Shown piece after piece: positions 58,048 to 64,000 of a DNA stretch of 64,000 nt. Source of the DNA: Polyangiaceae bacterium (lineage in GTDB: Bacteria; Myxococcota_A; Polyangia; Polyangiales; Polyangiaceae); assembly GCA_044376115.1 (NCBI GenBank), contig JBILLK010000007.1:224001-288000 (forward strand), read 5' to 3'. The first letter of the stretch is position 1, and the number at the start of each line of letters is the position of its first letter. The notes under the pieces are model-generated. The model did no database searches. It saw only the letters and a list, made by a program, of their open reading frames with translations, and had not been told where the DNA came from. Position numbers and translations under genes: made by a program.

Positions 58048-59681
58048 AATTGTCTGTGCGCAGTGTCCTGGGTTCCGTCGGTGTTTTAGCTGGCCTCGCT
58101 GTGCTTTTCGGAGCTTGCGGAGCGCGCGATGAGATCCCGGTTCCTCCGCCACCACCGCCGCTCCCGGATTGCTTGGTCGACGCTGATTGCGAGGGCTTCG
58201 ATGACCTCTGTCGCAACGTGCGTTGCGTGGTCGAGGAGGACGCCGGCGCCGGTGGCTTCGGCGGCGGTGACGAGCAAGGGCTGACGCTGCCGAACGCGAG
58301 CTGTCGTGAGGTCAATCCAGTCGACTGCGATGATGGCGACATCTGCACGATCGACACCTGCGCTCCAGTAGATGGTTCGTGCAGCTACGCGCCGGCCACG
58401 CTCGACAGCGACGGAGACGGCTTCAACGGCCCGCGTGAGGGCACGGTGGCCGGGGACCCCGATTCGTGCGGCGACGACTGCGACGACACCAACGAGAACG
58501 CCTTTCCGGGCAACCCGGAGGTGTGTGACGGCGCCGACAACGACTGCAACGGCGTGATTGATGACAACGCCACCTTCGTCCCGATCGACGGCGATGCAGT
58601 GCAAATCTCCGAGAACGATCAGACGCCTGCTGGCGCTGGCGGCATCTCTTGGAGCGGCACTTCGTACGTGGCGACCTACACAGGGACGTCGGCTGGCTTC
58701 GACATTTGGCGCTCGCAGCTCGCTCCCGATGGGCAAAAACTGCAGGCCGATGAGCTGCTGAAGGTGTCGAATAGCGACGGCTTTGGCGGACCGCTGATCT
58801 GGACGGGCGATCGTTATGGCGTCGCTTGGCAGGAGCGTCGCGACGGTGATTACGAGGTCTACTTTCGTCTGCTGAACGAGTCGGGCTCTACGGTCGAAGT
58901 CCCGCCAGTGCAGCTCTCAGACGCCTTCGGCTTCTCGATCAACGTCGATCTAGGCTGGACGGGCACGCGCTTCGTGGCGGTTTGGCAAGACGAGCGCAAC
59001 GGTCAGTTCAACCTGTTTGGACGCACCATTTCTGTCGAGGGCGTGCCGCTGTCGAACGAGGTGCAGTTGGTGCCAGATAGCAGTTTCCCGGACGAGGCGC
59101 CAAGCGTTGCCGCGAGCAGTGATGGCATCGGCGTGGCCTGGGGCCACGGGAACGCGCAGGCTCACTTCATTCAGTTCCAAACCTTCGACTTCGATCTCAA
59201 TCCCGTCTCTCCGGTGGTCACGTTCAACGACGGTCTAACCGACGCTGTCTACCCAACGGTCGTCTGGAATGATGGCAACTACATCGTGGCCTGGTTCGAT
59301 CGCTCGGCCTCACCCGCCGGTATCTACGCTTCCGTGGTCGACCCTGCTGGAAACGTTGTCGTCGCGCCAACGGCCATCTCCTCGACGCCGAATGGTTCCT
59401 TCTCGCGTTACCCAACGCTCAAGGCGCTCGGGGATCGGGTGCTCGTCCTGTTCTCCGACGATCGCGACGGTAACCAGGGTTACGAGCTCTACGGCCGCAT
59501 GGTGAGCGACCTGCTCGTGCCGTTGACCGAGCCCACGCGCATCACGCAAGCGAGCGGGGATTCAATCAACCCACGGGCTGCCTTCGGGCCGGACGGCAAC
59601 GTCGGCATTCTGTTCCGCGACGACCGGCTGGGCGCGCAGCACGTGTTTTTTACGCGTCTCGGCTGCCTCGTCGGTAACTGA
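58038..59681 (+). CDS. Lipoprotein with putative metal-binding (MopE-like) repeat and beta-propeller
   Basis: FGAC lipobox; DSDGDG...DCDD...PG..EVCDGADNDCNG; repeated W.G..Y.VAW blades. Confidence 0.8.
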   Translation: MSVKLSVRSVLGSVGVLAGLAVLFGACGARDEIPVPPPPPPLPDCLVDADCEGFDDLCRNVRCVVEEDAGAGGFGGGDEQGLTLPNASCREVNPVDCDDGDICTIDTCAPVDGSCSYAPATLDSDGDGFNGPREGTVAGDPDSCGDDCDDTNENAFPGNPEVCDGADNDCNGVIDDNATFVPIDGDAVQISENDQTPAGAGGISWSGTSYVATYTGTSAGFDIWRSQLAPDGQKLQADELLKVSNSDGFGGPLIWTGDRYGVAWQERRDGDYEVYFRLLNESGSTVEVPPVQLSDAFGFSINVDLGWTGTRFVAVWQDERNGQFNLFGRTISVEGVPLSNEVQLVPDSSFPDEAPSVAASSDGIGVAWGHGNAQAHFIQFQTFDFDLNPVSPVVTFNDGLTDAVYPTVVWNDGNYIVAWFDRSASPAGIYASVVDPAGNVVVAPTAISSTPNGSFSRYPTLKALGDRVLVLFSDDRDGNQGYELYGRMVSDLLVPLTEPTRITQASGDSINPRAAFGPDGNVGILFRDDRLGAQHVFFTRLGCLVGN

Positions 59682-59852
59682 CTGCAATCGACTGGTCACA
59701 AATTTCGAGCCTGATGACACATGGGGTCGTTGGGCTCGTTCGTTCATGCTGCTCACGGTGGATGCAACGGCCTCTCCCGAACTTACGGCCAACGTAAGGG
59801 CTGAACTCGGGTCAAAGACTGCCGGCCGCCCTGGCCACAACAAGAGGTCCTC

Positions 59853-62036
59853 ATGCGCATGCGAAGGTTTGCTTCAATCGGTTTGGCTTTGTCTCTCGGG
59901 TTGTGCTCGTTGCTCTCGAGCACCGGCTGCGCCAGCACGCTGACCACGCATGTGGAGTCCAAGGCTTCGCTGGGCCGCGTGGTGGTCTACCGGAACGGCA
60001 TCGCTTATTTCGAGCGCGCAGCCGAGGTGAGGGGGGACACCCTGGAGTTGAGTGTCCCTGGTGACAAGGTGGACGACTTTTTGAAGTCGTTGACCGTGAT
60101 CGATGCTGAGACCAAGAAGCCTGTGCCGATCTCGTATCCAACCACGCCTCCCGGCTCCGAGACGGGCCTGGTCGCGATGAAGATTCAGTTGCAGGAGCCC
60201 GGTTCGGAAGCGCGCCCCAAGAAGCTGCTGCTGACGTATGTGACCGAGGCTCCCAGTTGGAAGCCGAGCTATCGCGTCGTGCTCGGGGACAACGGTAAGG
60301 TCGAGCTCGAGGCTTGGGCCATCGTAGACAACACCAGCGGTGAAGATTGGCGCAGCGTACAGCTCGGCGTGGGCTCGAGTTCGGCGCTCTCCTTCCGTTT
60401 TGATCTCCACTCGGTGCGCACCGTACAGCGCGAGATGCTCGCTCCCACGGACCTATTTGCGCAGGCCCCGCCGACCGGAGCGCCTGTCTACGCTGGCAAC
60501 TACCAAGCCTACGGCGGCAGCATTGGCGGCACCTTCGATGACTCGACCATCGCGGAAGTCGAGCGCGCACAGCTCCTGGCGCTCGTAGATGAAGAAGCGC
60601 CTGCTGCTCCGTCCCAGCCTGCCCCCCGCGGCAAAACCAAGCCAACCAAGACTGCAACTTTGTCTGGACGTGGAGAATTCGGTGGTGGCGGCGTTGGAGC
60701 GGGAAGCTCCGCTCCGTCTCCCGCTCGCGCGCAGACGCGCGCCGAGCAAGAAGTCCAATCCATCGCTCGCCGCGCCAATAGCGAGAAGAAGAAGATCGTG
60801 GTCGAGGGCTTTGCCAAGAAGGATGACGCCGACCGAGCGGGCTCTGCGCTCGGTCGCGCCAATCGGCTTCGCGAGCAGCTGATCGCCAACGGGGTTGCAC
60901 CCGAGCAGATCGAGGCCGTCGCCAACACCGAGGTGACCACCGACAAGGGCGGCGCTCGCGTGCTCGAGGCCGCAGCTCCGCAGGCCCCGGCCGACGCCAA
61001 GCCGGTCGATCCCAACACCGGTCTGCTCGAGCCGATCGGCGTCAGCCACTTCGAGTCGAAGTCGCCGATGACCGTCAATCGCGGTACGAGCGCGATGGTC
61101 TCGATCCTCAAGAGCCAGACGCAAGGGGACGTCGTCTACCTCTACGACGCCGAATCCACGCGCGGTAACGACACCTTCGCCTTCAGGGCCGTGCGCTTGT
61201 CCAACCCCACCGACAGCACGCTGGAAACGGGGCCGGTCACCGTGTTTGGTCAAGGCCGTTTCATCGGTGAAGGCCTCACCGATCCGATCCCGGGAAAGAG
61301 CGTGAGCTTCATCCCGTTCGCTTTGGATCGTCAGGTCGTGGTCGAAGAGGCCCTCGATACGTCGGACGGTATCGCCCGCATCATCACGGCTCAGCGCGGC
61401 GTGCTCTCGACCGAGATGCGCCACACCAAGAAGCAGAAGCTCACCATCACCAACCGCCTCGATGCGCCGGCCTCGGTGTACGTGCGTCATACCGTGCCGA
61501 AAGGCTTCAAGCTCTCCAAGCACCCGGAGGCCGTCGAGCGCATCGGCGACGCGTACTTGTTCCGCGTGGAGGTCCCGGCCAAAGGCAAGGTCGACGTGCA
61601 GATCGAGGAGGAGACGCCGGTCTTCAAGACCGTGGATATCCGCTCGCCGGGGGGCATGGAACTCGTGCGCGCCTTCGTCTCGAGCGCCGCACTCGAAGGC
61701 GACGTCGCTGGCAAGCTCAAGGGGCTGCTGCAGCTGCAGAAGGATCTCGGCACGATCGAAGAACGCATCCTCACGCAGCGCGAGCAGATGGGCGAGTATC
61801 GCGCCCGCATGGACGAACTGCACGCCCAGCTCGTCACCTTGAAGTTGGTCAAGACGGCCGGCCCGCTGATGAAGAACCTCGAACTCAAGCTGGCGGAGGT
61901 CTCCGACAAGATCTCGAAAGCCACGGTCGATCTCGTGTCGCTCGAGGAGCAGCGGATGATCTCGCGCATCAAGCTGCAAGACGGCGTCGCCGAACTATCC
62001 CTCGACAAGAAGGAAGAAGTCATCGCATCGAAGTAA
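59853..62036 (+). CDS. DUF4139-domain lipoprotein with OmpA-like insertion and C-terminal coiled coil
   Basis: RVVVYRNGIAYFER, DDFLKSL, YVTEAPSWKPSYR, WAIVDNTSGEDW; VEGF...RAN.LREQLIANGV; GAGG RBS. Confidence 0.8.
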   Translation: MRMRRFASIGLALSLGLCSLLSSTGCASTLTTHVESKASLGRVVVYRNGIAYFERAAEVRGDTLELSVPGDKVDDFLKSLTVIDAETKKPVPISYPTTPPGSETGLVAMKIQLQEPGSEARPKKLLLTYVTEAPSWKPSYRVVLGDNGKVELEAWAIVDNTSGEDWRSVQLGVGSSSALSFRFDLHSVRTVQREMLAPTDLFAQAPPTGAPVYAGNYQAYGGSIGGTFDDSTIAEVERAQLLALVDEEAPAAPSQPAPRGKTKPTKTATLSGRGEFGGGGVGAGSSAPSPARAQTRAEQEVQSIARRANSEKKKIVVEGFAKKDDADRAGSALGRANRLREQLIANGVAPEQIEAVANTEVTTDKGGARVLEAAAPQAPADAKPVDPNTGLLEPIGVSHFESKSPMTVNRGTSAMVSILKSQTQGDVVYLYDAESTRGNDTFAFRAVRLSNPTDSTLETGPVTVFGQGRFIGEGLTDPIPGKSVSFIPFALDRQVVVEEALDTSDGIARIITAQRGVLSTEMRHTKKQKLTITNRLDAPASVYVRHTVPKGFKLSKHPEAVERIGDAYLFRVEVPAKGKVDVQIEEETPVFKTVDIRSPGGMELVRAFVSSAALEGDVAGKLKGLLQLQKDLGTIEERILTQREQMGEYRARMDELHAQLVTLKLVKTAGPLMKNLELKLAEVSDKISKATVDLVSLEEQRMISRIKLQDGVAELSLDKKEEVIASK

Positions 62037-62050
62037 GGGACCGTGCGCCG

Positions 62051-62953
62051 CTACGGGAGCAACTCGTAGCGGCCGTCCTTCGCGACCTTGATACGCGGAA
62101 TGCGACGCGTTGATTCGAACGCCTCGAAGCCCGGCCGAAGCTCTCTCCAGAACGCGTGATTCGCTTCGTGGCGAGGGTCGTTCAGCAGCCCGTCGAAATC
62201 GCGCGACGGGAAGATGTGTACGTGGGTCTTCTGTCCGAGCATGAACGCTGACCAGCCGACGAGGTAGATCTCTTCGATCCGCTCGTCGGTCATGGCGATG
62301 CAGCCGATCGACGCGCAGTGACCGTGGATGAGGATGTCGCTGCCTGGCTTCCGGCCGCCTCGAACCTTGTCGGAGGCGTTGGGGTAATTGATCACTGCCG
62401 CGAGGTAGTAGGCGCTCGTGGGGTGGTAGTAGCTCACTTCGTAGAAGCCTTCTGGGACCTGTCGATCTCCCTCGTTGCGCTTGGGCCCGAGGTCGCCGCT
62501 GGCCGCGCAGATGCCATAGCTCGCGATGCGCGAAAGCTCGTGCTCGCCGTCCCCAGCCCAGAGCTCGAGCTGCCGCTCGGCCTTGAACACTCGGAACAGC
62601 ACGTCCTTCGCCGGGAACGTTACGCCGGCCTGCTCAAAGAGCTCGAGCACCGTTTCTTTGCGGGCGGCCTTGGCGTGGGCCACCCGTTCCGGGCCGCTCC
62701 GTGCAAGGTCTCCACTCCACTCGGTTGGCATACGCAGGTCTACAGGCGCTTCATTTGCAGGTTTTGGTGCAACGATCTCCACGGGCGCGGGAGGAACGAC
62801 CTCGCTCGGCTGCGCGATCGTCTGCGAGCTGTTTGCTTCGTCGTTGAGCGGCGAAGTGGACGTAACTCCAACCGAGTGCGGGCGCTTGAGCGCCGACGCG
62901 GCGTCGGCGCAACCCGTGAGCGAGAGCAGCAGCAAGCCAACGTTAAATCGCAT
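62051..62953 (-). CDS. L,D-transpeptidase family lipoprotein (YafK/DpaA-like)
   Basis: RVFKAERQLELW, GPKRNEGDRQVPEGFY, NYPN..D, IHGHCASIGC. Confidence 0.88.
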   Translation of the reverse strand: MRFNVGLLLLSLTGCADAASALKRPHSVGVTSTSPLNDEANSSQTIAQPSEVVPPAPVEIVAPKPANEAPVDLRMPTEWSGDLARSGPERVAHAKAARKETVLELFEQAGVTFPAKDVLFRVFKAERQLELWAGDGEHELSRIASYGICAASGDLGPKRNEGDRQVPEGFYEVSYYHPTSAYYLAAVINYPNASDKVRGGRKPGSDILIHGHCASIGCIAMTDERIEEIYLVGWSAFMLGQKTHVHIFPSRDFDGLLNDPRHEANHAFWRELRPGFEAFESTRRIPRIKVAKDGRYELLP

Positions 62954-63122
62954 TTCCGCTCAATCCGCACGGGGCGCCGAATTGTGACACGCAAGCGATC
63001 CTCGCCCATGGGTCGGTGCGGATCCAGATAGGACCGACGCGCAACCTACAGCCTCCTCCAAAACTTCCTCCCGTGCTGCATCGTGGTGAGAAAGGGCCGC
63101 TCAATTCTGCGATCATCCTCGC

Positions 63123-64000
63123 ATGCGTACCTTGCCCTTTGCATCGCTGATGACCGGCGTTCTCGTGACCGTCCTTGCCGCAGCTTGTGGGGACTCTGGT
63201 GTTGGTGGCAGCGCGGGCCAAGGGGCCAGCGGCGCAGCAGTCGGCACCGGGGCGAACGCAGGTGACACAGGCTCTGGCGCTTCGAGTTCCAGCTTCGCAG
63301 ATCCCGACATCGTCTCGGTGGTGGTCGATCCGCCCAACGCCACTATCGTGGTCGAGAACGGCGTCATCCCAGGCCCGACGCCGTTCAAGTTGATCGGCAC
63401 CACGTCCACCGGCAGCGAAGTCGAGTTGATCGCCACCTGGACCTTCGACCGACCGGATGTCGCTACCTCGAGTAGCTCGGGCGAGCTGACCGCTACCGGC
63501 TTCGTGGGTGGGAAGGGCAAGCTGCGCGGTCAGTTCGAGAACCTTTCGGCTATCGCAGACCTCACCGTGAAGCTGGTCTTCATCGAGGACCCGCTGGCGA
63601 TCGACGTGAACATCAAGGACGCGTTCGATAACGCCTCGGTCGACGATGCTTCGCTGACCCTGCTCTATCCCTACGACCAGACGGTCTTCCCGCGGGGGAT
63701 TTCGGGCCCGGTCGTGCAATGGAACGGCGGCGGCGCAGCGGATATCTACGAGATTCACGCGGACAGCGAGACCTTCGCCTACACCACGTGGGCCACGGCT
63801 GCCCCGCCGTCGCGCTTCGCCTTGCCGAGCGCCCCGAACGACATCTGGAAGTTGATGACCAACTCCACCGAAGGCAACGTCGCGCTCAGCGTGCAGCGCT
63901 ACGACGGCGCGCAAGCCTATCTCGCCAAGACCCAGACCTGGAAGATCGCCCCCGCGAATCTCGCAGGCACCATCTACTACTGGGAGATCAACCAAGGCAA
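63123..64000 (+). CDS. Lipoprotein, N-terminal part (runs off window end)
   Basis: ATG 63123 MRTLPFASLMTGVLVTVLAAACGDSG; open frame to end with LLYPYDQTVFPRG...GTIYYWEINQG; absent from ORF track because it has no stop. Confidence 0.8.
   Translation, partial: MRTLPFASLMTGVLVTVLAAACGDSGVGGSAGQGASGAAVGTGANAGDTGSGASSSSFADPDIVSVVVDPPNATIVVENGVIPGPTPFKLIGTTSTGSEVELIATWTFDRPDVATSSSSGELTATGFVGGKGKLRGQFENLSAIADLTVKLVFIEDPLAIDVNIKDAFDNASVDDASLTLLYPYDQTVFPRGISGPVVQWNGGGAADIYEIHADSETFAYTTWATAAPPSRFALPSAPNDIWKLMTNSTEGNVALSVQRYDGAQAYLAKTQTWKIAPANLAGTIYYWEINQG

Noticed and set aside
60453..61979. 508-aa minus-strand ORF
   Set aside because: Shadow of the DUF4139 gene
62943..63995. 350-aa minus-strand ORF
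   Set aside because: Shadow of the plus-strand lipoprotein starting at 63123

Overview
GC-rich, gene-dense 64 kb region that looks myxobacterial (probably Polyangia/Sorangiineae-like). This is inferred from the many lipoproteins, Cys-rich surface proteins, Hanks-type kinases and sigma54-like promoters. It holds about 55 CDS. Recognisable genes: katG with an N-terminal lipobox followed by a FurA-type regulator, RNase HI, cytochrome P450, aldo/keto reductase, SAM methyltransferase, acyltransferase, questin-oxidase family, hemerythrin, FGE-sulfatase domain, several c-type heme proteins, three peptidoglycan-active enzymes (SH3+NlpC/P60-like, M15-like, L,D-transpeptidase), two Ser/Thr kinases (one a kinase-STAND-TPR), a CRTAC1/ASPIC protein and a DUF4139 protein. 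No rRNA, tRNA, CRISPR array or transposase was recognised. Best candidates for undescribed biology: (i) a tiny lipoprotein ending in SGGGW, overlapping an atypical beta-propeller/di-heme MauG-like enzyme, behind a sigma54-like promoter; (ii) a dual-specificity phosphatase fused to a putative macro/PARG-like domain; (iii) an uncharacterised gene pair divergent from the STAND kinase; (iv) DUF4139 with an inserted OmpA-like domain; (v) a three-gene pseudogene mosaic just upstream of a mycobacterial-style FurA box. All family calls come from motif recognition by eye; no searches were run.
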